Shown here one piece after another: positions 24,841 through 38,084 of a DNA stretch of 64,000 nucleotides (the stretch's first letter is position 1; each line of letters starts with the position of its first letter). A model generated the notes under the pieces. It searched no databases. It was not told the DNA's origin and saw nothing but the letters and a program-made list of their open reading frames with translations. This stretch comes from Octopus bimaculoides (lineage: Eukaryota): contig NC_068997.1 of NCBI RefSeq assembly GCF_001194135.2, positions 37,271,180 to 37,335,179 on the forward strand, read 5' to 3'. A program made the translations under genes and the position numbers.

Positions 24841-26429
24841 ATATTGTGCACTCTGCCATAATATCTTTTTCATTATCACAGGATGAACTGCCATTTGGTG
24901 GTGAAATTTTCTATAATCTCATTTTTAGTGAATCCATGTTTGACAACTTGAATTTGACTATGGCTGCTAGCACTTGATAGTATTCCAATGGACTTTGGAT
25001 TAGCTGGTAGGATACATTTGAGGAGGCTTTAGTGTGATACAATCATGTTACTGACAGTGTGTAGTTTTTCCCTTTGCCTTCTTTATGATGTGGCCGATAC
25101 TCTGTTGAGTATCCTGGAACTCACTCTTTTCATCAATGTACTCATTGGTAGTAGATATGTTATCAATTCTTTGGCAATGATGGACCAAAAGATTTTTCCT
25201 TTGACATTTAACAAAGAGATCTCTAGAAACTGGTCAAGTCCTGTTGAGTTTTCTCATTTAAGAAGATAATTCCTTCGGACGTGTCCAGAGCTGGGGTACC
25301 TGTTTCTGTTTCTAGATCATTCATAAAAGTTTTGATAACCTCTTCAGCAGCAGTGGGTAATCTTCCATCTAAATTCTAATTCCTTTTCATTTTGCACATT
25401 TTCGCTTTCATTCGACCTAGTGTTGTTTCCTATAATTATTCTAATTATAGTTTTATCTTTTTTATATATAACAAGCATTTAAGCATAGCTCCTGTATCTA
25501 ATTACAACATTTCTTTTACCCTTCTTAATTAAATGAGCTTTCCATCACTGTAATTATAACCATTTTGTCTTGTGAGAAGCTTGATAATGTAAGCCTTAAT
25601 TTTTGTAGTGACTACTCTTTTACTGCTCTGTTTCTCTCTTTCTCTACTACCATTCTTTTGCAACTTTGTAATTCATAACAATAGGGTTGTAGTTCTTCTC
25701 ATTATGTTTACTCTCCCTCATTTCCCTGTCTAGAATTATTGCTCACTCTGTTTTTTATTCTCCTTCAGTTATAGGAGCCACTTTAAGCCCTTAACTTTGC
25801 AAGTTACAAGGTAATCTTCACTAGCGCTGGTGCCTCAAAAGACAAGTACTCAATTCATCCTATAAAGTGTTTGGCACTGGGAGCAGCATACTAAAGACAT
25901 TCAAGCATGACACAGTCCTCTAACTTGTCAAACTCTGTTACACCATTTGGCCCATGCCTACATAGGAGCTAGATCTTAAATGACTGGAAATTTTAATAGA
26001 AACTTGTGCAATTGGTAATGTCTTATGATTTTATAAATCAAATATCTTACCTATTTCAATGGAAAATAACTGATGAATGAAACCTCTTAGGCAAGATACC
26101 AAAGCTGAGATTCTTCAAGTTCTCTAACCTTGTCCAACACAAGCTTAGTTCAGTTATACATAAATTAAAAATCTGAATTGAAGTTTGCTGTTCTCTGATA
26201 GGACTAAAAATTTATATAGGGTAGAAAATGAGATATATAAATGACTATTAAAAAATATTATCACACAGAGTAACAGAAGGTAGTTCTAGGCACCAATGAT
26301 AAGATAGAGATTTTAATTAGGAAGAATGTCTTTACCAACCACAAATGTTATTTGATAAACCCCACTAAATCAGAGATAGTTTAGTGAACTAATATTTGCT
26401 AAGGAAGATTAACAATGAAAGCTTCCATC

Positions 26430-27200
26430 CTCTCACTGTATGCAATACCACTGTGAGTTGTCTTGTGGTTCTCTTGATATGCCAATGGGACCTTTGACAA
26501 TACTGACATCTGTTATCTTATAGACTCTCTGTTTTAGATTTCTTTGGTAGAAATTCCTCTAAACCACCAATGGTCTATATAGAGATGATATCTTCACTAT
26601 ATCTAGAGGTATGAACAGGCATACCCTTGATAGGTTCAGAGAAAATCTGATCGATATCCTCAATTTCTTTGGACATTTCTATATTAAGTTGTTTGTATTA
26701 TATTATCATATTATTGGTTTCAAATTTTGGTACAAGACCAATAATTGTGGGGTAGGTAGTAAATCGATTATATCAACCCCAGTGCTCAGCTGGTAATTGT
26801 TTTATTGATCTTGAAAGGATGAAAGGCAAAGTCAACCTCAGCAGAATTTAAACTCAGAACATGAAGAAAAACGAAATACCACTAAGCATCTTGCTCAGTG
26901 TGCTAACGATTCTTCCAGCTCACCACCTTCACTGTATCATATTATTGTGTTGATATGAATTTTTGCTCATGACAAATATGTGAAGATCTTAACTGATTTC
27001 CTTGTCATATAAATCTTTTATATTTGTGTCTCTATCAGTAATATCATCCCCATTGGCATTACTAGTATACAAGATATTGTTGTTATGAATAAGTGTTATT
27101 CAGTGTTAGAAATGGTAGAGTAATCAAGAAAATTCTTTGCAGTGTTTAGTTATGTCTTTTTATTTTCTATGTCCATTGTCTGCTAGAATGAATTTTTGCC
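26430..27200 (+). mobile_element. Decayed Penelope-like RT relic interrupted by a SINE
   Basis: GLYRDDIF...LDRFRENLIDI.NFFG at about 26572-26672, preceded by a D.PMG..D motif. Confidence 0.6.
26705..26930 (-). mobile_element. Meta-domain-like SINE
   Basis: Homolog of 13785-13997. Confidence 0.8.
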
Positions 27201-27519
27201 TTACATCTTTCTAAGGGTGAGATAAAAACTTAATTAAAATAAATACTAGTATAGTACTGGTGTCAATATAATTGACACTTATCTTCCCCAAAATATGGCT
27301 GGTGGATTGAGAGAACTGTTTGGGCATTGGACAAAATCCTAGCAGTATTTCCTCCAACTCTTTATGTTCAAATCACATTGAAGCCATCTTTGCATTTCAT
27401 CCTTTGGAGGTTGACAAAATAAGTGCCAGTCAAGTACTGGAGTTAGTTATGTACTTACTCTATCCCTCAAAATTGCTGGCCTTGTGCCAAACTTGCTGTT
27501 GTTATTGTTATTATCATCT

Positions 27520-29290
27520 TGACTCAGGATTGGTCTTATTCCTGGTAGAATTTATGTGGGTAGTGAGTTACAACCTGTATCTTTAGATATTCACATGAAT
27601 TCAAAAGGCCTTTAAGTGCTCAAAATCCTTCTCACACTCTTTCTTGTTTCTAAGAGGCAAACTTTCTGTAGAAGCTCTGCAGGTGGACAATGTGCCCCTA
27701 GAAATGAATATCTATTGGTTGGTAGTGGCTGCAGAAAGGGAAGGAGCTATTGATTCAAGTGGATCAAAAGGCACCCTGGAGCAGATCAATCTGCCAGGTA
27801 GCTAATAACTGTTTGTGGTGGTTGAGAGCAGAGAGACAAGTGTCACTTGCATGGTGACATGAACCATCTGAAGGTCTTCTGTCTACAGCAAAAGAGTGGA
27901 GAAGAGAGACCGCTCCCCACTGCTGCCAACACTATTACCACAACAACAACAAAAACAGCAACAGCACCAGTAGCAGTGTGCAGTCACAACAACAAGAACA
28001 GCTACAACAGCAGCAGAAACAACAGCACCAATAGTAGGAACATCAGCAATGAAAGAAACACCACCCTCAAGAGCTACCATGTCACTAATGACAGCAACAA
28101 AAATCTCTCAAACAACTACAGTAGAACAAAAAAACTAACCCCCAAGACAATTGATCCTCCTCATTTGGGACTTTTCAGGCATGATATGTGGCAAAGGTGA
28201 TGAGGAAGAAACTAGATGGCTGAAAGTGATCAATGAAAGAAGAAAAAAGGAAAGCTGGGTGTTTCAAACAGGGAGAGGAAACATATCCAAACAACACATC
28301 AACACTATCTCCAACAACAACACCAACTCTACCAATACCATTGTCACCATCACCAGCACCATCATCATCACCACAGACATGACCAACATCGCAAACACTA
28401 CCACAATCCAATCCACACCCAAACCAGCAGCAAGAACAACACCCTCAAAAGAATATGATAAATTACTCCATGATTTCATCACAACCAACAAATAGCTTAC
28501 TAATGCATATACAAATTCTAAAAGATAAACCAAGACACTTACAAGTAACTCAAAACAAAATACTCTGCAATGGGAAACTTTCAGGGAATGTCAATAGTGA
28601 AAATATCTATGAGCTCTAAGAGCAGAACACCTGTCTCACTCCTGCAATAAGTTAAGAGGACCTTTTGCACATCCCTCATTCTGTCTAATATGGCCTTAGA
28701 ATAGGAAGTGTAGATGCACTTGGCCTAAATCACCTTGGAAGAAGGGTACCTGCTTAATGACTTTTGGTTACTAGATACAGATATGATAATCTTCAGCTAG
28801 ACAAGAATTTCTGATCACAAACCTTAACGGCCATTTTCAGTGGATATAAGACCTACTCATCTTCAAATCAACAGCAATTGGGAGGCAGGGTTGCTGTGTT
28901 GTTTTGGAAGGGCCTGGATCTCATGATACGAATCACCATCTTAGACCCAGTCGGTAAGCTGGTGGTACCAGACCTGACCAGAAGTGAAGTAGTCAAATAG
29001 GAGCAGGGCAACCAAATTTCACGTGGGGTCTAGTATGTTTTCTAAGAATATCCCACTCTTTAGTGCTAGTGAGAGATTGGAATAGCTTCTTAGATTTATG
29101 CTTGAACAGTGTTGGATGTAAATGCCTTACAAATGTAAGGGATGCAAATACCTTACAAACTTGCTCAGGAGTTTCTATCTGTGTCTGACAACTACCAATT
29201 GGATTTCCCAAATGTACCAATGCAGATAGGATGAACCATATTGGATCATCCAGATCATATCTCGACAAAATATTCTGCAGATTGGAACAG
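27520..29290 (+). mobile_element. L1/Tx1-like LINE relic (Thr-rich ORF1 end and APE endonuclease)
   Basis: APE motifs GLRIGSVDALGL, GGRVAVLFWKGLDL..I.ILDPVGKLVV.DL, LVLVRDWNSFLD and IGSSRSYLDKI. A low-complexity Thr/Asn-rich segment lies at 27900-28500. Confidence 0.6.
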
Positions 29291-29404
29291 CATAGATTGT
29301 CAACAATTTAAAATTGACATCTATACAGCTACACAATCCACAAATTCATGATCTTTATGGTTGACCTAGATAGGCTCCATGATTATAATGTTGATATGTA
29401 TTGT

Positions 29405-29760
29405 GGCACTCCATTGGTTGTGACGACAAGGATTCCAGGTGATCCGATCAATTGAACAGCCTGCTCATGAAATTAATGCGCAAGTGGCTGAGCACTCCAC
29501 AGACATGTGTACCCTTAATGTAGTTCTTGGGGAGATTCAGCATAACACAGAGTGTGACAAGGCTGACCCTTTGAAATACAGGTACAACAGAAACAGGAAG
29601 AAAGAGTGAGAGAAAGTTATGGTGAAAGAGTACAGCCAGAGCCTTGTGGAGCTTTAGGTATTTTCACTCAATAAACACCCACAATGCCCGGTCTGGGAAT
29701 TGAAACCATGATCCTATTACCACGAGTCTGCTGCCCTAACCACTGGGCCATTGCACCTCC
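29405..29760 (-). mobile_element. tRNA-derived SINE (family of 35911 and 54606)
   Basis: Reverse-complement homolog with head GGAGGTGCAATGGCCCAGTGGTTAGGGCAGC. Confidence 0.85.
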
Positions 29761-30904
29761 ACACACACACATATATATATATATATACATACACACACAT
29801 ACACACATATATGTGCATGTGAGTGAAAAGATTTCATTACATGGTCTTCAGTTAGCCTCATAGCAGTTGAACCTGTTGTGCTGGTTTACTTACCTTCAGC
29901 TAAGCTGAGCAAATTAATTGAATTTCATTTTCTTGAGCCTCTCTGCCAATGTTGCTGGTTCTAATACGTATGACTGCCTCATTACCTTAAAAATTTTTTT
30001 CAGTTCTTCACAGTCTCCCCCTCCCCACCTCATTCAAATTTTTCAGTCAGAATTGAATAGCTCCTGCTACCAAAATCACCTGAAAGCAGAATAGGCATGT
30101 ACTACCCCACCTCTCTTTTGTACCTTCCTCTATTCTCCCCTACCTCAGAACACGCCCATTCCTCATTATTTTCCTCCAGCCATGTTGTCTCCCATCTGCC
30201 AGACTCGTCCTTAGAACCACTTCCATTCCTCATTATCTTCCAGTTATGCTCTCTCTCCCCTCTGCTATACACTATCATTAACACCTCTTTCATCCCTATC
30301 ACTCCCAATATCTTCACATACCTAGCATAACCCCCCCCCATCCTTTCCCTGAGTCACTCCTATATCTTTTACCTTCAGTTACTACAGTCACCTCTATCCT
30401 CACTCACATTCTTATGAAATTTTCCCCTCTGTCTCCCCTGCCCATTCACCCAGTTCAATCCTCTTTATCACTTCACCTATATTCACCCCACCTTCACATG
30501 CATTGTACCTTGATGGTATGTTCTGACACATATCTATTGCTATCTCTCCCACTCCCTCCATTTCTATCTTTTTCTCTAAGTCCCCTTCTCTGCCTTTTTC
30601 TCCAACTGGGGTATCCTTGTATCTCTTCAAAGAGAGACACCTAGCTCCATTTCTCTGTTATTCGTTACTCTCTCATCAATTGACCATCTCCCTCAATACT
30701 ACTCACCCACCCCATTCAAGGGGACTTTGTCTTGCAAGTTCACCCTGTAAAGTGGCTAGCATCAGGAAGGGCATCCAGCTGTAGAAACCATGCCAAAGTA
30801 GACAATAGATCTTGACAGCTCTCCAGAGTGCCAGATCTTGGCAAACTGTCCAACACATGTCAATATGGGGAATGGACATTAAATAATGATGGTATACATA
30901 CATA

Positions 30905-32116
30905 CAAAGGGTGTTCATTAAAGATTTCCCCTGAACATGTCTCTACATGTCACATTGTAAATTGCAGCTTTCCACTAGTATTCGTTTGTCTTTTACAGCT
31001 GCTGAAGTGGACTAAGGTGTTATAATGGAGGCAGTTGAATGCAGATCAGTGATCAGGTTCTTATACTTGAAAGGTCGTACACCAAAAGGGACTTTCAATG
31101 AGATGAAAGAAGTTTACGGTGATGATGCACTATCATACAACATAGTCAAGCACTGGCATTGCCTGTTCAAATGTGGTTGAACATTGGTGGAAACTGCTCC
31201 TATTCTTGGTCGACCATGTTCTACCATTGATGACGACACTAACCATAAAGTGGAAGCCACCATTTTGGAGGATCACCACATAACTATTTGGCAACTAGCC
31301 CAAGAAGTGCAGATAAGTGTAGGGTCCATGGAAAAAATCATTCATAACCATTTGCACATGCAGAAGTTGTGTACATGATGGATTCCCCACACCTTTTCAG
31401 ATGCAGGAGCAAGTCAATTGCTTCCAGGTTCTTTGGGCAATGTGCTAAGGAAATGAGAAGAACTTTTTCAGCAGACTTATCACACAGGATGAAACATGGG
31501 TCCATCACTATGATCCTGAGACTAAAGTCCAATTGAAGCAATGGAAGCATGATAACTCACTACCTCCAAAGAAGGCTCATGACCATCCCTCAGCAGGCAA
31601 CATGATGCTTACAGTTTTCTGGAACCAGCATGGAGTACTGATGATGGATTTTCTGGCAAAAGGCATCACAATTAATGGGGCATATTATACTTCTCTGTTG
31701 CTGAAATTGTAGGATGCCATCAAAGCAGAGAGGTTTGGCATGCTGACCAAAGGAGTCAGCCTCTTCCAAGACAACGCCCAGTTCACAATGTGCATGTTGC
31801 TCAGATGAAAGCACACTCTTGCAGCTATGAATTCCTTCCTCACCCACCTAACTCTACTGACCTTGTACCATCTAGCTTCCACCTCTTTCCTGCCACAAAG
31901 TCATTTTTGAAGGGGAAGCACTTTTTGGATTATGATGAACTTATTTCTGAGGTTAAGTCTTGGATCCAGATGCAACCTACTGACTTCTACAGACGAGGTC
32001 TTCACAGCTGTATAAAGCGATGGGAGAAGTGTGTCACCATTGGTGGTGGCTATGTAGAGAAGGACTAATAATAATTGCAAGTTTTGTTTATTCCAGTCTT
32101 TAATGAACACTCTTTG
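30905..32116 (+). mobile_element. Complete but inactivated mariner transposon
   Basis: TIRs CAAAGGGTGTTCATTAAAGATT and AGTCTTTAATGAACACTCTTTG, each flanked by TA. The transposase pseudogene runs from ATG 31025 to TAA 32068 (MEAVECRSVIRFLYLKG, QDETWVHHYDPETK, HPPNSTDLVPS, KRWEKCV...GGYVEKD) with stops and frameshifts. Confidence 0.93.
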
Positions 32117-32302
32117 TACCTACATATATATATGTGTATAAATATAGCTATATATAAATATATATATATATATATAATCTTCATACACACACACACACAT
32201 GAACACACACATAAATACATACATACATGCATACAAATGTATGTATATATATATATAGCAATGTATATGCATCTGCATGTGTACACACACACAAACACAA
32301 TA

Positions 32303-33054
32303 CAGGGTGATTGGGCTAATTTTTCTTCTTTATGAATCCTTTTTTCAGGGACATCTTGATGTAAATGGTGAACAGTCAGTGTTTTTGGAGAGAATAAAGG
32401 TTAAAGTTTTAGTTGAGTAAAAAGTAAGCTGACATAAGGACTGAAAGTCATCTGAACATTGCAAAAGAGTTACCTGTACCATGATGATTCATACCAGGTG
32501 TCAAAATGCCAACATCATGACTGCTGCTCAATGCTCTGAGAACATTGTAAATGCTGTAAGATGTGACATGGACATCTGCAACAGAGACTTTGAAGCTGTG
32601 GCCAGCAAGAAGGGAGAAAATAGGTGTTCTAACTGTGTCTGCACTCTGGAATTCATACTCACATTTTTGAACAGAGCCTTAGGCTCAGTTCAGACAGCTA
32701 TGTGAAGCTGCTGGAAACTGATCAATCTCTGGCTGGGAAATGCTGCTTCTGGAAGGTTCATGTGTGGCAGCAGGATTTGGCTCCTTGCCTTCTTTGGAAA
32801 GCGTCTTAAGTGGTCAGAGAATTTCTATGACTTTACTAGCTCCAATTTCCAGTTTCATAATTCCCTCAGTTGTAATCCCTTAGATTACTATGTGTAGGGT
32901 GCACTCTGCCTGCAACAAGCTGGTCATTAAGATCAAGGAGGTGTTCGAAAATTTATTGTAAGGAATGCATGCACCAGGTTCTGGAGCCATCTTGTAAACC
33001 ATAATAAAAACAATTTTGCATTAAACTGAAGAACTACTCAAAACATTTTGTAGA
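32303..33054 (+). mobile_element. Decayed Tc1/mariner-family remnant
   Basis: Starts TA-CAGGGTG. A degenerate SP..NPLDYYVWG-like motif lies near 32865-32900. Confidence 0.5.
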
Positions 33055-33113
33055 TCTACAAAATGTTTTGAGTAGTTCTTCAGTTTAATGCAAAATTGTT
33101 TTTATTATGGTTT
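32996..33113. repeat. Perfect 118-bp palindrome with no spacer
   Basis: The 59-nt arm AAACCATAAT...TTTTGTAGA is followed directly by its exact reverse complement. Confidence 0.95.
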
Positions 33114-33139
33114 GACATAAAAAGAAACATGTGTGTATA

Positions 33140-33352
33140 GAGGGTGGCGAGCTGGCAGAATTGTTAGCATGCCTGGTGAAATGCCTAGTGGTATTTCATA
33201 AGTCTTCATGTTCTGAGTTCAAATTCTGCCAAAGTCCACTTTGCCTTTCATTCTTTTGGGATTGATAAAATAAATACCAGTTGAGTGCTGGAGTCAATGT
33301 AATTGACTTAACCTCTCCCCCGAAATTGTTGGCCTTGTGCCAAAATTGGAAA
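33140..33352 (+). mobile_element. Meta-domain-like SINE, CpG-decayed
   Basis: Homolog of 9751-9965 with TG/CA at many CpG positions. Confidence 0.8.
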
Positions 33353-35910
33353 TCAGCACATGTGTGTGTGTGTGTTTGTATTATATAACATTCTTTGATA
33401 CAGAATTTATGTACACACTCACCCACATTTATATATCAAATTACCAATGTCACTTGCATTATATTGCTCTCACCATCATCCATCATCATACCTGTTTTTT
33501 GTTTCTTCTCACAATTGTATGCTTTCTCCAAATAATAAGAATATTAATACATCATCATCTATCCTCAACATTTAGTGACTATTTTCTAAGCAGGCTTAAC
33601 AGGAACTGTCAAAGTCAGGGACTGCAACAGGTTCCATATCTCAGGCCTAATAAAAACATATTAGTTTGATTTTTATTTTTCTGGAAAATGGTTGGGTATT
33701 ATTTGTGCACTACTGACACTCTCTTCATCCAACATAATCAACCACCAAAATATATAGTGTATTTGTACTTATCTTGTCTGTTTGTTGCTGATTGTCTGAG
33801 TTTTTATTCATATTCTCTCAGAAATTGTTACTGGTGAAGAGTTTAAATTTTCTATTGTGAAAATTGTGTTCTGCTTTATTGTTTATTAAGCTTTTTTAGC
33901 AAGTTATTTGGATATTAAGTGCATAGCCCAATTCTATAAATATGTCATATCCTGGATGATTGCTAGTACTGCAAAATATATGCTGAAAAGTATTGCATAT
34001 AATGAATATTAGAAAATAATTTTCTTTCATTTCATTTGTTTAACTTGGGTCAATTATTCTTCTGATTATGTAACAGGGTGGTAGTGGGCAGGTGGGGGCA
34101 TTGAACAAGGTCATACTTGTTCAGGCATAAGTTCAGGCTGCATTGAAAATGTTGGTTTGGAAATTTGAATTTTTAGTGCTATTAACAATTCATATGATTT
34201 TTAGTCAAAAAATGTAAGCACTTCTCTAATGAGGATTTCTCATCCTATTGCTTTTAAATTTATTTTTATGATGCCTGGAGCAAAACCATCATCAGTTTGA
34301 GAAATGACAGAACCATGTATGAAAGCTGAAAAACAAAGCCAGCCGCTGCCATGTACAAGAGATATAAGCTTACCTTTACGAAACTAAGTGAGATGTGATG
34401 ATGCCAAAAAGGAAAGCAGAAGATGTCAGCAAGTAAATTAATGCTCTGTAGTGGACATGAAGATGAAAATACTCTGCACAAGAAAGTGGCATTGCATTAA
34501 ACACACTCTCGGAAGGCCCAGCATAATGTTACCAGGTAGTCCTACAAGAAAAATCCACAAGGTAAAACGAAGGAACTTCTGGCAATGTGAACAATGTGAA
34601 AAAATCTGGACTGAGCTGTGAGTAAATGGAGAAGGGCCTGGACAAGAATGAGAGGAAGAAGGTCATGATGGCTAAGGCCCCAGAAAGCACCAAAGGCCTG
34701 AATAAAATAAATATTTTATTTATCTATCATGACTGAATTGTCAATTTATAATCACTGTTTTATCTACTGGAATTGATTGGATTTTCATACACTCTTCTAC
34801 CCTGAGTTATACTATGAAGTTTGATTCGACTACTTATTTGAAAACATCTCTCCCCACTCTCAATGCATCTGAATGCTTATTTAACTCATTTACATTTATT
34901 CTGTCTTTCTTGAAAGTTGCAAACATGTGTACTAGAGTAGATAAAACAGTTAACATGTTTATAGTTCTTAGCTCTTCTAAAGTTTTATTCTAAAGTGGTG
35001 ATTATATCCACTCATTTATAAAATGTATTACATTTATGATAGTGTGATTTGATGTTTTAAACGTTTTATGGCATCATCACTTTTTAGAAAATAAAAGGAT
35101 TTACAAAATATTCTTCTTGCAATTATGTATTTAAACTTCTTAATATTCTTTTTTCTACTTTATTTCTAGTTTGCAACAATGCTTAGGATACAAGTTATTA
35201 GAGCACTGCTAATGACTAGATGAATCCTTCTTCATTAATGTACACCTAATTATTGTTACAGGTAAGTGTATCTTAAAATTGTTTATTGAATGATGTAATT
35301 GTTCTGGATATATTGTATTGACATATGAATATGCTTGAATTGAGAATTTCAAAACTCATTATTATATAAAGTTGCATCCATGGAATATTTGGCATCACTG
35401 GTCCAACCTCTCAATTAATACATAATTTAGGTTCTATTTAGAAGTGTACAGTAGTGTTCTTGATTAAGTAAGGATCATTTCATTTAGGTTCCAATCTTGA
35501 CAGATATTTTCAGAAGTATTAGCATTGTTGTTCTTGCAGCTTAAACTTTCTTAAGACAGAATAGAAAAGTTGGTTCTATCAAATAATACCTGTAACTATT
35601 TCTGCTTCATTCAACTTCAGGATTTTCACTGCATGCATAAAATGTCATTTCACCAAGGATCTACTAAAATTATTTTCTCACACAACCATAGCATTCTTAA
35701 TTCTTGAATAAAATAGTTTTAATATATTGTAGCTGTTCTGTGGATTATCTGTAAATCTTACTATTTGAGATAATGAATAAATTTAGCTTATGCTATCTGA
35801 ATATCTTTATATATTGGCTTTTATGCATGCCCCTTTAGGTAATTTGACACTGTACATTAGGATAAACTTTTATTATTTTAGCCTTCTGTAATGTATTTAA
35901 CTGGCGCAAT

Positions 35911-36292
35911 GGAGGCGCAATGGCCCAGTGGTTAAGAAAACGGACTCACGGTTGTAGGATCGTGGTTTTGATTCTCAGACTGGGCATTCTGAGTGTTTAT
36001 TGAGCGAAAACCCCTAAAGCTCCAAGAGGCTCCGGCAGGGGGTGGTGGCGAAGCCTGCTGTACTCTTTCACCACAAATTTCTCTCACTCTATCTTCCTGT
36101 TTCTGTTGTACCTGTATTTCAAAGGGCCAGCCTTGTCACACTCTGTGTCACGTTGCATTTCCCCCGAGAACAATGTTACGGGTACATGTGTCTTTGGAGT
36201 GCTCAGCCACTTGCATGTTAATTTCACAAGCAGGCTGTTCCGTTGTTTGGATCAACTGGAACCCTCATCATTATAACTGACGGAGTGCCAAC
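35911..36292 (+). mobile_element. tRNA-derived SINE
   Basis: A/B-box head, body shared with 29405-29760 and 54606-54991. Confidence 0.88.
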
Positions 36293-36658
36293 CAACTAAC
36301 AACCAGCATATTTAACTAATACTTGCAATGTGTTACCTATTATGTTATGGTGAAGCATGTGTTTTTTCAACTGAGAATATATTAACTGTAAATACTAATT
36401 GTAACTACAAAAAACGTGGCTGTTTTTCTAGATGGTACTTTATACAGTGATGTAAGAGTGATAAGCTCTTCCTAATTAACATTATGTAGTTTTTGCAGTG
36501 ATTTTATCTGGTGGCATATTTCCTGATTTCAACATTTAAGATTCTAAGAATGTTTTCAAGATTTTTTCAATAAAGGCTTCAAATACATGTCTTTGATTAG
36601 ATAAAGCAGTCTTGGTTTAGAATATTATCCCTAACAATTTTATCTGGAGTAGGGTGAA

Positions 36659-36706
<48 letters not shown>

Positions 36707-36719
36707 ATANNNNNNNNNN

Positions 36720-36776
<57 letters not shown>

Positions 36777-36956
36777 GGGAAGAGAAATTAACTTTACAAA
36801 TGTTAAAGTTTTCTAAAATTTCATGAGCATTGTACGTGATTCTTCATTTGTTTGTTACTTAAAAGATATTGCAATTGTTATATAATTGGTTGTTTATATA
36901 TTTTTTGATGTTATGTACCAGAACTTGCTAGCTTGTCATAAGAGATGTTGTTGAAA

Positions 36957-37013
36957 ATGGATAGCATGTGCGAGAGGAGTGGTGCTGGTAGCAACAAAGA
37001 AACAAAGAATCAG
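36957..37013 (+). CDS. Candidate first coding exon of an unidentified gene (MDSMCERSGAGSNKETKNQ)
   Basis: Possible acceptor GTACCAG at 36921, ATG at 36957, 19 open codons, then a CAG|GTCTGT donor. No homolog recognised. Confidence 0.22.
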
Positions 37014-37179
37014 GTCTGTTTCCTAAAGAGAGAAGAGGGAGAATCATCATCATCATCATCGTCGTTTAACGTCTGCTTTCCATGCTAGCATAATAGATAT
37101 ATATATATATATATATATANNNNNNNNNNNNNNNNNNNNNNNNNNNNNNNNNNNNNNNNNNNNNNNNNNNNNNNNNNNN

Positions 37180-37212
<33 letters not shown>

Positions 37213-37436
37213 TGAGCTGCAGCAGTCAGAATTTTCATTGGAATAAATGACATAAATACAATAAGAAGAGATTCTAGTTCTTTTCCCTGTTGAAAAGAAA
37301 AGTCTGGTAACTATATGGAGGTCATCATGAGATATACATTTATGTTCTAGAATGCCACATATCTAGAACACAAGAGTTTTGATAATTGTTGCTAGTGAAT
37401 ATTTGCTCAGTTTAGTAATAAGTAATTTTATCAAGA

Positions 37437-38084
37437 GCCACACTGCCATACATGAGCATGTACCACTTGCTGTAAGATTGTGGATACAAATCCTTCTAAT
37501 GTTTCTAGCAATCTATTGCCTCCAGAGATAAAAATAATAAGTGCAATTTGAACAGATTTACGGCTACATATCTCTTAGCTGTAATAAGCAACTATCAATA
37601 TACTATAGACTAAGATGGTGAGTGGGCAGAATCATTGAGTAATGACTGAAGAAATATCTACATGCATTCAGTGAACTTAGTCCATAATATATTGGTTTCA
37701 AATTTTGGCACAGGGCCAGTAATTTTGTGGGAGGTCGGTAAGTCAATTACATTGACCACAGTGCTTCACTGGTACTTATTTTATTGAATCTGAAAGAATG
37801 AAAGACAAAATCGACCTCAGCAGAATTTGAACTCAGAATGTAAGGATAGAAAAAATGCTGTTAAGCATTTAGCATCCTGTGCTAATGATTCTATCTGCTT
37901 GCCATCTTAGTCTGTAGTATATTGATAGTTGCTTATTACAGCTAAGAGATATGTAGCTATAAATCTGTTCAAATACACTTATTATTTCTATATCTGGAGG
38001 CAATAGATTGCTAGAAAAATTTAAATAATTTGTCCACAATCTTAGAGCAAGTGGTACATACTTATGTATGGCAGTGTATATGGC
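37437..38084. repeat. Inverted duplication (arms about 37441-37637 and 37884-38076) enclosing a minus-strand SINE
   Basis: CACTGCCATACATGAGCATGTACCACTTGCTGTAAGATTGTGGA pairs with TCCACAATCTTAGAGCAAGTGGTACATACTTATGTATGGCAGTG, and similarity continues inward into the SINE head. Confidence 0.85.

Larger units (their letters stand above)
24060..25750 (-). mobile_element. HERO-like (R2-group) LINE RT relic, split by the 5S-SINE insertion
   Basis: Minus-strand motifs NSTGLDQF..ISLLNVKGKIFWSIIAK, YQLIQSPLEYYQV, NFTTKWQ and IMAECTI continue after the insertion as SITLFMAATSLL...KQSRG...KPAC..F. The motif order matches HERO-type RTs. Confidence 0.7.

Noticed and set aside
27847-28533. Mucin-like or polyQ ORFs
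   Set aside because: This is low-complexity sequence with frame switches directly upstream of an L1/Tx1-type endonuclease relic, so it is more likely decayed ORF1.
35911-35985. tRNA-like A/B boxes here and in other SINE heads as tRNA genes
   Set aside because: They continue into SINE bodies and do not form complete cloverleaves.
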